From Macrostomum lignano (taxonomy: Eukaryota): a stretch of DNA of 64,000 nt. The stretch spans positions 93,696-157,695 of the forward strand of contig NIVC01002239.1 of the NCBI GenBank assembly GCA_002269645.1, in the 5' to 3' direction. Shown one piece after another: positions 12,816 to 25,323 of this stretch; position 1 is the first letter of the stretch; the number at the start of each line of letters is the position of its first letter. Under the pieces are notes generated by a model. It had not been told where the DNA came from, made no database searches, and saw only the letters and a program-made list of their open reading frames with translations. Position numbers and translations under genes: made by a program.

Positions 12816-14607
12816 GTCTTTGAGCTATGGTCTTTGAAAGATTTTGTAAAGAATTTGGAGACGATTTGGAAGATAGGGTTAAAGACATGGAATTTCAGTT
12901 GATGGATATTTCAGGGAATAGAATTCCGGTGATGGGAGTTCTTCCCCTTTCTCCTCCGAAGGAGGAGTTCCACTCGTATATACTAAAGTTGACGCGTTGT
13001 TTGTCTGTCTGTCTGTGTGTCTGTCTGTCATTTCGACAACTCCTCCTTGAATAGTGGCAACTCAGCGTTGAAACTTATATGGGAAGATTGGAAATTATCC
13101 GAGGTCGGCTATAGGCTATTTTAATTCTGAAATTTTAATTTCTAAAATCCTCAAAAAAGCAGAAAACGGCGGTCTTGACCTTTGATAATCTTAATTGTCC
13201 CCTCTTTCTGCTTGGAGCTGAAAATTTGCATGAATTTTGAGTGATTGCGCCACAACTTTTCCCTATCTCTGCAGTGTATTTTCTCTCCAGTGGGGGGATG
13301 GGGCGTTCTAAATGGCTGCATGTGTACAATCGGACCCTGGCTCACCGGCTGACTTTATAGACAATTGCGCAAAGATTTGTGTTCTAATTTTCAATAGGCA
13401 GCCCTGTGATTTTGTTGAACCTTGAAATTCAATGCATAAACTTGCGGGCCTCTTTAGCAGGCAGTGAACGTACAATTGATATTTTAATGCTTTAAATCAG
13501 AAAGTTTTAAACGCTAACTGTTCCTCGAGTTTTAAACTTTCAGAGGAGAAACTTATATTGCTGGAAAGATCTTGCAACGCTGAGTTTAGGGATATAAGTT
13601 GTTTGCTTTAAATATGAAAAGAAAAAGCACAGCATTGAAAAAACTATTTCCATACTTTTAACTTTCTGCAAAAATTGTACTCAGTTTTGCGAGACGTAAT
13701 AGATAAAGTTTGGGGGAGGGTTCAACTTCTTACTGCTGCTGTGTATTGGAGGGTTGATTTAGATTGCGCAATGTTTTTGTTGGCTTTAACTGAGACTGAT
13801 ACTGACTGACTGTGAAATCGGTTGCGCCATCAATTTGTTTTATTATCTGTGCCTTTCAATAGGCTGCCCTGTGTAATAGCCAGCCTGTGTAATGAATGAA
13901 TAAATTTGCGAGCCTCTTTGGCAGGCAGTGAACGTACACGCGATATTTCAATGCCTTAAAACGGGAACTTTCAAACGCTAACTGCTCTTCGAGTTCTAAA
14001 CTTTAAGAGAAGATACTTATACTGCTGAAAAGATCTTGCAACGCTGAGTTCGAGGATATAAATTGTTTGCTATAAATATAAAGACTAAAAGAGCAGCATC
14101 AAAAAAACTATTTCCATACTTTTAGCTTTATGCAAAGATTGTACTCATTTTTTGGTTCAATGCCCCCAACAGTTCGGCGTTCAATTTCTAACTGCTACTG
14201 CGTATTGAAAAGAGGTCGGTCTCTGTGTACTGGAGGGTTGATTTAGATTGCGCAATCTTTTTGTTAACTTTAACTGAGACTGATACTGACTGACTGAGAA
14301 ATCGGTTGCGCAATCAATTGATTCAATTGGTTCAATTTTTATTTGAACACGCAGCTGTGTGTAGCTTTAACCCTAACCCTAACCCTAACAATAACCCTAA
14401 CCAATGAATCCTGATATTTATTTTTTTTGACGGAGAAAATTTCGATTGAGTCCAGTTTAAAAGAGAGAATTTCGATGGTTTTCAGTTTCACGGAAAGGAT
14501 TTCGAAGGAGTCCAGTTTCACGGAGAGGATTTCGATGGTTTTCAGTTGCACGGACAGGATTTCTGCTTCGCGGAGAGGATCTTGATGGATTTGGCATCTT
14601 CAATCAG

Positions 14608-15615
14608 TCAGAGAAAAGAGTAAAGAGAAGAATGAAAGCAGAAGAGAGATTAGATGATAGAAAACAGAGTAGAAATAAGTGGAGATATTAGACATGACAG
14701 ATTGGAGAGAAGAGGGGATTTAGGCGGGAACGAAGAGGGAGAGAGAAGAAAAGAGGAGAGAGGAGAGAAAATAGATTAGGGATAAGAGCGTACAGAGAAA
14801 ATAGAAGAGAGGGGAGAGTAGAGGAGAAAGAAAGAGTGAGATGAGGGGATGAGGGATGAGAGAAGAGGGGAGACAGGAGAGACAAGAAAGGAGAAAAGAG
14901 GGGAGAAAGGAGAAAGGAGAGAGTAGAGACGAAGGACCAGTTAGAAGATATAAATACGGTAGTAGAGATGAGAGGAGAGATAGGAGAGAGAAGCGAGAGA
15001 AGAAGCGAGAGGAGAAGAGAAAGAGGAGAGAGGAGAGAGATGAAATAGATAAGAGAGTTAAGAGAGGAAAGTAGTGAGGAGAGGAGAGATGAGAGATGCG
15101 ATGATAAGAGATGAGTGAGAACATAAGAGAGAAGAGAGAAGAGATTAGAGAAGAGAGGGGAGAAGATAAAAGGAGCAAGGGGAGGAGAAAAGAGAGAATG
15201 GAGAGGATAGAAAAGAGAGAAGAGAAGAGACAGGGAAAAGTGGAAAGGAGGAAAGAAAGATTGGAGACAAGTAAGTGGAGTGTGAGAGCGTATATGAGAT
15301 ATGAGAAATGAGAGCAGAGAGGAAAGAAAAGAGAAGAGAGAGAGGGTTAAGAGAGACGATAGATAAGTGAATAGGGATGACATATAAAAGAGGAGAGAAG
15401 AGGGAGAGATAAGAGAGAAGAGAGAAGACAGGAGACAGAAGTGAAGAGGAGAGATATGAGAGAAGAGAGGAGACAAGAGACAGGAGAGGGTACAGACGAA
15501 AGACGAGGGAGAAAACATAAATAAGGGAGTACGGGTAGAGATGAGATGAGAGAGAGGAGAGAGAAGAGAGTCACGATAATAGCACAGAGTGGAGAGAGTA
15601 GATATGAGAGACGTG
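14608..15615. repeat. GA-rich polypurine low-complexity tract (Helitron unit 2)
   Basis: Diverged homologue of 11695-12815 with the same flanks. Confidence 0.9.
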
Positions 15616-17439
15616 AGAGTCTTTGAGCTATGGTCTTTGAAAGGTTTTCTAAAGAATTTGGAGACGATTTGGAAGATAGGGTTCAAGACATGGAATTTCA
15701 GTTCATGGATATTTCAGGGAATGGAATTCCGGTGATGGGAGTTCTTCCCCTTTCTCCTCCGAAGGAGGAGTTCCACTCGTTAATACTAAAAGTGGTGCGT
15801 TGTTTGTCTGTATGTATGTCAGTTCGATAACTCCTCCTAGAATACTTGCAACTCAGCGTTGAAACTTATATGGGAAAACTGCAAATTTTCCGAGGATGGC
15901 TTTAGGCTATTTTAATCTTTCATTTTTAAATTTTAAGATCCCTAAAAAAGCAGGAAGCAGCAATTCTGACCTTTGATAATCTTATTTGTCCCCTCTTTCT
16001 GCTCGGAGCTGAAAATTGGCATAAATTTTGAGTGATTACGCCACAACTTTTTCCTATGTCGCCAGTGCATTTTCTCTCCTGTGGGGGAATGGGCGCGTTC
16101 TCATTGGCGGCGTGTGTACAATCGGACCCTGGCTCACTGGCTGACTTTATTTTAACAGGAAGCCCTGTGTATTTTTTGCACAGTGAAATTCAGTGCATTT
16201 TAATGCATAAACTTGCGAGCATCTTTAGCAGGCAGTGAACGTACACTCGATATTTCAATGCTTAAAATCAGAAAGTTTCAAACACTAACTGTTGCTCGAG
16301 TTTTGAACTTAGAGAGGAGAGACTTATATTGCTGGAAAGATCTTGCTGCGATGAGTTCGGGGATATAAGTTTTTTGCTTTAAATATGAAAATTAAATTCA
16401 CAGCATTCAAGAAAAGATTTTCATACTTTTAGCTTTCTGCAAAGATTTTGCTCATTTTGGAGTTCAATGGGGGTTCGACCGACCCCCCCCCCAATAGTTG
16501 GTAGGGGGGTTCAATTTCTAGCTGCACTGCGTATTGGAAGGGGGTCAGTTGCTGTGTATTGGAGGGCTGATTTAGATTGCGCAATCTTTTTGTTAACTTT
16601 AACCGACGCTGATACTGACTGCCTGAGAAATAAGTTGCGCAATTTAATTGGTTCAATGTTTTTACGGAGCCTTTCAACACGCAGCTGTGTGTAGCTCTAA
16701 CCCTAACCCTAACCAATGAATTCTGAGAGCTGGGCTGTTTGACGTAGAAATTTCGATTTAGTCCAGTTTCACGGAGAGGATTTCTATTTCGCGGAGAATA
16801 TTTCGATGGTGTTCAGTTTCACGGAGAGGATTTCGATAGTGTTCAGTTTCACGGAGACGATTTCTGTTGCGCGGAGAGGTGTTGGAAAATGGGATTCCGC
16901 TGATGGAGTTCAGGGAATGGAATTCCGCTGATTGGAGTTCTTCCCCTTTCTTCTCCGAAGGAGGAGTTGGCCTCGTCCTATATACTAAAAATGAGTTGTC
17001 TGTCGGTATGCGATAGATTTCAGAAAAATTGGCTCAACCGATTTTCTTCAAACTTGCACCATTTGATCAGAAATTTTCCTGGCACGGTACATGCATCCTG
17101 GCTAAGAAATTGCTCAATGTTAAAGGGATTAAATATTCGAAAAACATGCTTTTTTGCAAAGGTCAAGCCAAATTTTCGACTTGAAATGCATTGTAAAAAT
17201 GCTAGAGAAAAAACTGACTGACTGAATTCCGATTGTGCTAAAGATTGCATCACAACAAGTTGAAAACAGTGCCGAAGAAATGCACACACGACTTGATTGA
17301 AATTGCGTAACCATATTGCTAACTTAAATTGAGACTGATACTGGCTGACTGAGAAATTGATTATGTCATAACTTTTTACTCCAATTGACTTGCTGTAAGA
17401 ATTGAATTATAAGGGGCACAATTCATGTTCTCCAATTGG

Positions 17440-17520
17440 AAAGAGATAGCCCTGATGCGAACAGACTGGAATGCTAATGTAGCGACCTGGGTTCGAATCT
17501 CAGTAGTGCAAAAAGATTTT
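17440..17520 (+). other. tRNA-derived fragment (possible SINE head)
   Basis: B-box GGTTCGAATC and a weak A-box upstream. No convincing cloverleaf. Confidence 0.35.
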
Positions 17521-17574
17521 TTTATTAAAACACCTTAAAAACACAACAAAACTGCTAAACATCAAAGAAGCGCA

Positions 17575-20490
17575 ATGTCAAACATAGAAGAGCCAACCAT
17601 CTAAAACATTAAAGAGCCACCATGTCAAACATATACATGACTCAATGTCAAACATATGCGTGACTCCATGTCAGACTTTAAAGAGCCACCTTGTCGAACA
17701 TTAAAGAGCCACCATTCGAACATTAAAGAGCCACCATGTCAAACATAAAAGAGCCACCATGTAAAACATATACGTGACTCCATGTCAAACATATACGTGA
17801 CTCCATGTCAAACATATACGTGACTCCATGTCAAACATATACGTGACTCCATGTCAGACATTAAAGAGCCACCATGTCGAACATTAAAGAGCCTCCATGT
17901 CAAACAGATACATGACTCCATGTCAAACATATACATGACTCCATGTCAAACATTAAAGAGCCACCATGTCAAGCATTAAAGAGCCACCATGTCAAACATT
18001 GAAGAACCACCATGCCAAACATAAAAGAGCCACCATGTCAAACATTAAAGAGCCACCATGTCGAACACTAAATAAACACGATGTTGAACATTAAAGAGCC
18101 ACGATGTTGAAAATTAAAGAGCCAGACCAGGTTAAACATAAATAAGTCGCCATGTCAAACATTAAAGAGCCACCATGTCTAACATTAAAGAGTCGCCATG
18201 TCAAACATATACATGACTCCATGTAAGACATTAAAGAGCCAGGCCAGGTTAAACATAAATAAGCCACCATGTCAGACATTCAAGAGCCACCATGTCGAAC
18301 ATTAAAGAGCCACTATGTCGAACTTTAAAGAGCCACTATGTCAAACATTAAAAAATCACAATGTAAAACATTAATGAGCCGGCATGTCGAAAATTAAAGA
18401 GCCACCATGTCAAACATCAAAGAGCCACCATGTCAAACATATACATGACTCCATGTCGAACATTCAAGGGCCACCATGTCAAACATTAAAGAGCCACCAT
18501 GTCAAACATAAAAGAGCTATCATGTCAAACATTAAAGAGCCATCATGTCAAACATAAAAGAGCCACCATGTCAAACATAAAAGAGCCACCATGCCAAACA
18601 TTAAAGAGCCACCATGTCAAACATATACGTGACTCAAACATGAAAAACCTGATGACAAACGTGGCGAACATTAAAGAGCCATCATGTCAAACATAAAGGA
18701 GCCACCATGTCAAACATAAAAGAGCCACCATGTCAAAAATTAAAGAGCCGCAATGTCAAACATTGAAGAGAAATCATGTCTAACATTAAAGAGCCACCAT
18801 GTCTAACATAGAGAGCCACCATGTCTAACATTAAAGAGCCACCATGTCAAGCATAAAAGAGCCACCATGTCGAACATTAAAGAACCACCATGTCGAACAA
18901 AAAAGAGCCACCATGTCAAACATTAAAGAGCCACCATGTCAAACATTAAAGAGCCACCATGTCGAACATTAAAGAGCCACCATGTCCAACATATATGTGA
19001 CTCCATGTCAAACATTATAGAGCCAGCATGTCAAACATTAAAGAGCCACCATGTCGAACATTAAAGAGCCACCATGTCCAACATATATGTGACTCCATGT
19101 CAAACATAAAAGAGCTACCATGAAGAACATTAAAGAGCCACCACGTAAAACATTAAAGAGCCACCATATCAAACATAAAAGAGCCATCATGTCAAACATA
19201 AAAGAGCCACCATGTCAAACATAAAAGAGCCACCATGTCGGACATTAAAGAGCCACCATGTCGAACTTTAAAGAGCCACTATGTCAAACATTAAAGAATC
19301 ACAATGTAAAACATTAATGAGCCGGCATGTCGAAAATTAAAGAGCCACCATGTCAAACATCAAAAAGCCACCATGTCAAACATATACATGACTCCATGTC
19401 GAACATTCAAGGGCCACCATGTCAAACATTAAAGAGCCACCATGTCAAACATAAAAGAGCTATCATGTCAAACATTAAAGAGCCATCATTTCAAACATAA
19501 AAGAGCCACCATGTCAAACATAAAAGAGCCACCAAGCCAAACATTAAAGAGCCACCATGTCAAACATATACGTGACTCAAACATGAAAAACCTGATGACA
19601 AACGTGGCGAACATTAAAGAGCCACCATGTCGAACATAAAAGAGCCACCATGTAAAACATATAGGTGACTCCATATCAAATTTTAAAGAGCCACCATGTC
19701 AAACATTAAAGAGCCACCATGTCAAATGTTAAAGAGCCACCATGTCGAACATTAAAGAGTCACCATGCCAAACATAAAAGAGCCACCATGTCGAACATTA
19801 AAGAACCACCATGTCAAACATTAAAGAGCCACCATATCGAACATTAAAGAGCCACCAAGTCAAACATTAAAGAGCTACCATGTCAAACATTAAAGACCTA
19901 CCATGTCAAACATTCAAGAGGCATCATGTCAAACATTCAAGAGCCACCATGTCAAACATTCAAGAGCCACCATGTCAAACATTCAAGAGCCACCATATCA
20001 AACATTCAAGAGCCACCACGTAAAACATTAAAGAGCCACCATGTCGAACATAAAAGAGCCACCATGCCAAACATAAAATAGCCACCATGTCGAACATTAA
20101 AGAGCCACCATATCGAACATTAAAGAGCCACCAAGTCAAACATAAAAGAGCTACCATGTCAAACAATAAAGACCTACCATGTCAAACATTAAAGAGCCAC
20201 CATGTCAAACATAAAAGAGCCACCATGTCAAACATATATGTGACTCCATGTCAAACAGTTAAGAGCCCCCATGTCAAACATAAAAGAGCCACCATGTCAA
20301 ACATATATGTGACTCCATGTCAAACAGTAAAGAGCCACCATGTCAAGCATAAAAGAGCCACCATGTCGAACATAAAAGAGCCACCATGTCAAACATAAAA
20401 GAGCCACTATGTCAAACAATAAACAGACACCATGTCAGACAATAAAAAAACCCGAATCAAACATTAAAGAGCCACCATGTCAAACATAAA
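17575..20490. repeat. 23-bp satellite (ATGTCAAACATTAAAGAGCCACC / ATGTCAAACATATACGTGACTCC), ~125 units
   Basis: Tandem units read directly. Includes a 943-bp higher-order duplication. Confidence 0.97.
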
Positions 20491-20604
20491 ATTTACACAA
20501 TTTCAAACGTAAAAGTAAGCGTCATACTAATTTTAAAGGAGCCACTATAGAGCTAAGGAAATTGTAGCACTAGCTACTTATTGTATGGTGGATGCTTACT
20601 ATTT

Positions 20605-20958
20605 GGGGATGCTTGCTATCTGGGGGATGCTTGCTATCTGGGGATGCTTGCTATCTGGGGGATGCTTGCTATCTGGGGGATGCTTGCTATCTGGGGGATG
20701 CTTGCTATCTGGGGGATGCTTGCTATCTGGGGGTACTTGCTATCTGGGGGATGCTTGCTATCTGGGGGATGCTTGCTATCTGGGGGGTACTTGCTATCTG
20801 GGGGATGCTTGCTATCTGGGGGATGCTTGCTATCTGGGGGATGCTTGCTATCTGGGGGATGCTTGCTATCTGGGGGATGCTTGCTATCTGGGGGATGCTT
20901 GCTATCTGGGGGATGCTTGCTATCTGGGGGGTACTTGCTATCTGGGGGATGCTTGCTG
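20605..20958. repeat. 18-bp minisatellite (GGGGGATGCTTGCTATCT)
   Basis: About 19 tandem units. Confidence 0.97.
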
Positions 20959-21244
20959 TCTTGGGATGATTTCTTCTTGCATTACACTTTATTTGAGCAG
21001 TTTGTCTGTCGTCTTTGTGAAGGCTTTATTTGGCTGTCTTTTTGTTACTTGTAGAGAACAGAGATTCTATCCAGATGTCCCCCAACGGGGGGCGAAGATT
21101 GCTAGTTGCCCTCTATATATAAATACTTGGCCTCTCTTTGAACACCCCTATGCTCCTTGTCCCATACCTACACTTTTCTGAATTTATGTCTGGATATGCT
21201 GAATGTGATGTTATGTGATATGCTAAACCCTACTGTTAAGTGTT

Positions 21245-21505
21245 AACCCTAACCTACCATAAACCTTAACCTACCATAAACCCTAACCTACCATAAACCT
21301 TAACCTACTGTTAACCCTAACCCAACCCTTAACCTACTAAACACCCTAACCTACTGTTAACCTTAACCTACCATAAACCCTAATCTACCATAAACCCTAG
21401 CCTAATGTTAACCCTAACCCAACCCTTAACCACTAAACACCCTAACCTACTGTTAACCTTAACCTACCATAAACCCTAACCCAACCCTAACCTACCATTA
21501 AGCCT
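21245..21505. repeat. Degenerate telomere-like (CCCTAA/TTAGGG-derived) interstitial repeat
   Basis: AACCCTAACCTACCATA / AACCTTAACCTAC variants in tandem. Confidence 0.8.
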
Positions 21506-21672
21506 ATCCTGAATCACTGGCAAACATTACAGCAGTCAGCTTTGCTTCCGCTGAATGCCACATGCAAAATACATTTTCAAACGTATTCCAATAGCGTCAG
21601 TAGCTATTGGTGAATGTAAGAGATCAGTACGGCCCATTCATTACAACTGTGAGCTAGAATCTTATTGTACAG

Positions 21673-21863
21673 CAAGAGCCACAGCTGAACACTGCCACCG
21701 CCCCCAGGAGCCTCTGCTCCGCAGCTGGTCAGCGGCCGGAGATCGGGCAGGCCGGCAGCCTGCTGGACATTGGCACCAGGCGCATCTTCACCGAGGAGCA
21801 CGACCTGCTCAGGGACACCTGCCGGAAGTTCTTTCGCGACGATGTGGCTCCAAATCATGGCGA
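21673..21863 (+). CDS. ACADL: Long-chain acyl-CoA dehydrogenase, first identified coding exon
   Basis: QRPEIGQAGSLLDIGTRRIFTEEHDLLRDTCRKFF matches the ACADL N-terminus. Acceptor tacAG at 21672, donor GA|GTGAGT at 21864. Upstream in-frame stop means an earlier exon is needed. Confidence 0.85.
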
Positions 21864-22518
21864 GTGAGTGGCTGCTGAAATTTGTTTCGTTACTCGCTAC
21901 TGAGATAAATATTCTCAGTAGTATTGTTGGTTTGTGCATTCTTAGCGACAGTTTTGTTTAAAAAATTGTACCTGTGTGACCCGCACTGGAATAAACAAAA
22001 TTTCAGATTTACTACCAAGTTTCGCTGTGCTCATGCAGGATGTTTAAAAAGTTTATTAGCTGCGTGAAATTAGAAATTGCCTCATTCTGTTTTAGTTTAG
22101 CAGTGTTTTTTCAATTCCGTTGGAGTATTCAGTTTCTATTCCGCTCATGCAGCTCAACGCTGCCCACCTTTAATCCTCCATTCTACCTTTGGAGGTCTGG
22201 CATCTCGCGAATTCCACTTTCTGTTTGTTTCCATGGACTACTCGAGTTAGAGATCTGGGTAGGAAACTACAGGCATTCTATTAGCGTTTGGCCACAAGAA
22301 ATTTTCTATTTAAAAAAGAATTTTACAAATGAAATGCACAGGTGTGAAATCTATTGAGAAATCGGTTGAGAATGGACAGGCAAATTTCAATGACCTGAAG
22401 CTGTAGAGAAACCATGCAGAAACCGAGTGACCTCACCGCCCAGATTCTGTAGGGACTACCTGTGTTGTCGGAGTTCTGAGATACCCCAACTCGCATATTC
22501 GCTCTGCTTTTTTGCCAG

Positions 22519-22656
22519 GTACGAGAAGCAGGGCCACGTGCCCAAGGAGGTCTGGCTGCAGGCCGGCAAGCTGGGCCTGCTGGGCGTCAGCACTTCGGAG
22601 GAGAACTTTGGCGTCGGGCTGGACTTCAAGTCATCCATGATTGTCACTGAGGAGCA
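22519..22656 (+). CDS. ACADL: ACADL exon
   Basis: (E)YEKQGHVPKEVWLQAGKLGLLGV...VTEE(Q). Phase-2 acceptor ttgccAG and donor CA|GTGAGT. Confidence 0.92.
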
Positions 22657-23447
22657 GTGAGTGCTGCTGCTTGCAACCAGCCGTTTCTATTGATTGCTGC
22701 TGCTTGCAACCAGCCGTTTCTATTGAGTGCTGCTGCTTGCAACCAGCCGTTTCTATTGAGTGCTGATGTTTGCAACCAGCCGTTTCTATTGAGTGCTGCT
22801 GCTTGCAACCAGCCGTTTCTATTGAGTGCTACTGTTTGCAACCAGCCGTTTCTATTGAGTGCTGTTTGCAACCAGACATTTCTATTGAGTGCTGATGTTT
22901 GCAACCAGCCGTTTCTATTGATTGCTGATGTTTGCAACCAGCCGTTTCTATTGAGTGCTACTGTTTGCAACCAGCCGTTTCTATTGAGTGCTGCTGTTTG
23001 CAACCAGCCGTTTCTATTGATTGCTGTTTGCAACCAGCCGTTTCTATTGATTGCTGATGTTTGCAACCAGCCGTTTCTGTTGAGTGCTGCTGCTTGCAAC
23101 CAGCCGTTTCTATTGAGTGCTGCTGCTTGCAACCAGCCGTTTCTATTGATTGCTGTTTGCAACCAGCCGTTTCTATTGAGTGCTGTTTGCAACCAGCCGT
23201 TTCTATTGAGTGCTGTTTGCAACCAGCCGTTTCTATTGAGTGCTGTTTGCAACCAGCCGTTTCTATTGAGTGCTGTTTGCAACCAGCCGTTTCTATTGAT
23301 TGCTGCTGTTTGCAACCAGCCGTTTCTATTGATTGCTGCTGTTTGCAACCAGCCGTTTCTATTGAGTGCTGTTTGCAACCAGACATTTCTATTGAGTGCT
23401 GTTTGCAACCAGCCGTTTCTATTGAGTGCTGTTTGCAACCAGCCATT
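22657..23447. repeat. 27-30 bp minisatellite (GTTTCTATTGAGTGCTGCTGTTTGCAACCAGCC) starting at the splice donor
   Basis: About 27 tandem units; the first unit overlaps the GTGAGT donor. Confidence 0.97.
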
Positions 23448-25323
23448 TAGATAGCTAAAAGCTATATTCAGTTATACTATTCTTATGTCACTGACAGTCC
23501 TCCCACTGGGCTGCAGGCCCTCCGAGGAAGGAGAACTCAGTTCTAAATGAGAAGTAAATAAAAGAATACAGCCCAGGAGCAGAGGTTAACAGGCAGACGA
23601 ACCAGCAGTCGGCTGCCTTTCATTTGCCAAACAAACACCGCCTTCTCACTTTGTTGGCAGACAACAGCACACTGATTTTATCCCGCACCACATTTTTCCC
23701 TGTCAGATTAGTTTATGGTCTTGTGTTGAAACATTTTTTGACCAAAACACCGATGCAGAGTATCTCTGTTTCTCCTCTTTAAAGCATAGACAAAAGTAGC
23801 CGCCACGGAGTTCATTCCTGTTCGCTCTGACATCCATCCATCCTGTTAATTTTGCGATTAATAAATGCCATAGGCAAAACCAGCGGACAGATGTATGCAT
23901 ACCAACAGAGGACAGATGTATGCATACCAACTGTTCTTATGCAAAATCAGTGGACAACTTGCTTCAACACTGCAGACTATTAATATTCGTACCATGTTTC
24001 TCTATGGCCTGGTATTAGAATAAAAAAATCCACCAATAATAAAAAATGGGGGTTCTAGTATAGATTTCAGCTGCCAAATTGCCTAAAATGATGGTCAATT
24101 AATTATAATTTCCACGGGCAACCAGATTGACAGCTCTCAGAGGACATAAAGCGTGATGGGATCTGATTCTGGCATAAAATAAAGCGGTACCACTTTGCTA
24201 TTTCCATCGCCATTATCAGACTTGGTCATCGATTGGACCAGTGAATAGGCGCGTTTCCTAACTGCTTTATTGTCAGCGGTGATCTATAGAAGGCATAGCT
24301 GATCACAGGTACATTAGCTGCCCTTTAATCAAACGATAGGGTGGAACAGGTAGTACTTAGCAATCACAGCGAGCTATAACTTTAATTTGATTTGGCAACT
24401 GGCGAATTTTAATGCAATCCTTCTAACATCCAAGGCATTTAGAAATACCACGTGTAATGCCCTAGACTTTCATTTTTCACCTGTAATGCCTTTGGTATTC
24501 AGTGAGTCGATTTTTACGCTTCTCACGTATTTTCTCTCTTCTTTCTATGATTCTCGCTAAATAACGCTAGTACGGTAATGGGTACCTTCCCTTCGTGCAA
24601 GAATTAAGATTTTGCCCACAGCAGAGGCCTCTGTCAGACTGCAATTACAGCAACCCGGGTTCTCAATCAGTCGATCGCTGGAAAGGAGGAAGCTGGGCGT
24701 GGGCTGCCATACGCCATGAGATGCTGCTGGCTCTGTTGCTCTTCCAGGTTGCGAGATGGATTTAAGGGCACGCAAAGTCAGTCACCTGTTAGGCCATGTG
24801 GGTTTTGCCACGGTTTTCGTGAACTTTCTGGCATGGAATCAATCGAGTGGACCGTTTGCAGTGAGACTGTGAGAGTTTATAACAACAGAAAGTGTCGAGT
24901 CCCGATAGAAATTCATCAATCACTGGGAATCGAGTCAGCAATCTGCCATTATTCCGCCTAGATCCGCTTGAGCACTTGCTAATACTGAGTACATTGAGTA
25001 CTTCAGTACCAGGCATTTGATAGAACAAGGACGCCCAGAAAGAAGAGACTGCTTGAATCTCGGTTGTGTTTAAATTGGATTAAACTGGTGCATACGGATG
25101 CTGTTTATAGAGAATCAGACTGAATGTGAAATTGAAACTTTTTGTGGGAGGTTTCTGTAGCTAATTTTGTTTCCTAAAATATATCTTAATCTCTGAAAAT
25201 TTATGAAAGCTTGGCGAAACGGCGATCGTTCCAATTAGCAAATATTTTATTAATGAGCCAATGGTTTAGTGCAAATTATTGTAGTAAAGACGAATTCTTA
25301 TGGATCAGCGCTTAATTGAGGTG

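Larger units (their letters stand above)
10202..21105 (+). mobile_element. Head-to-tail array of non-autonomous Helitron-like units with satellite cargo
   Basis: 5' A|TCTATATATACTAAAG followed by a GTCT microsatellite. Related heads at 12977, 15780 and 16976, each preceded by hairpin CTCCTCC-GAA-GGAGGAG (one mismatch in the third) then CTCG. Final hairpin CCCCC-AAC-GGGGG and CTAG|T at 21079-21106. Including 17400-21105 is an inference. Confidence 0.7.

Noticed and set aside
11776-15686. Long Leu/Ser-rich ORFs on the - strand (370 and 332 aa)
   Set aside because: They are translations of CT-rich low-complexity tracts with no domain signal.
17440-17520. Functional tRNA gene
   Set aside because: Only the B-box is good; no acceptor stem or anticodon arm could be folded.
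17575-20490. CRISPR-like appearance of the 23-bp array (also the 274-bp and 58-bp arrays)
   Set aside because: Units are contiguous with no unique spacers, there are no cas genes, and the context is eukaryotic with spliced genes.
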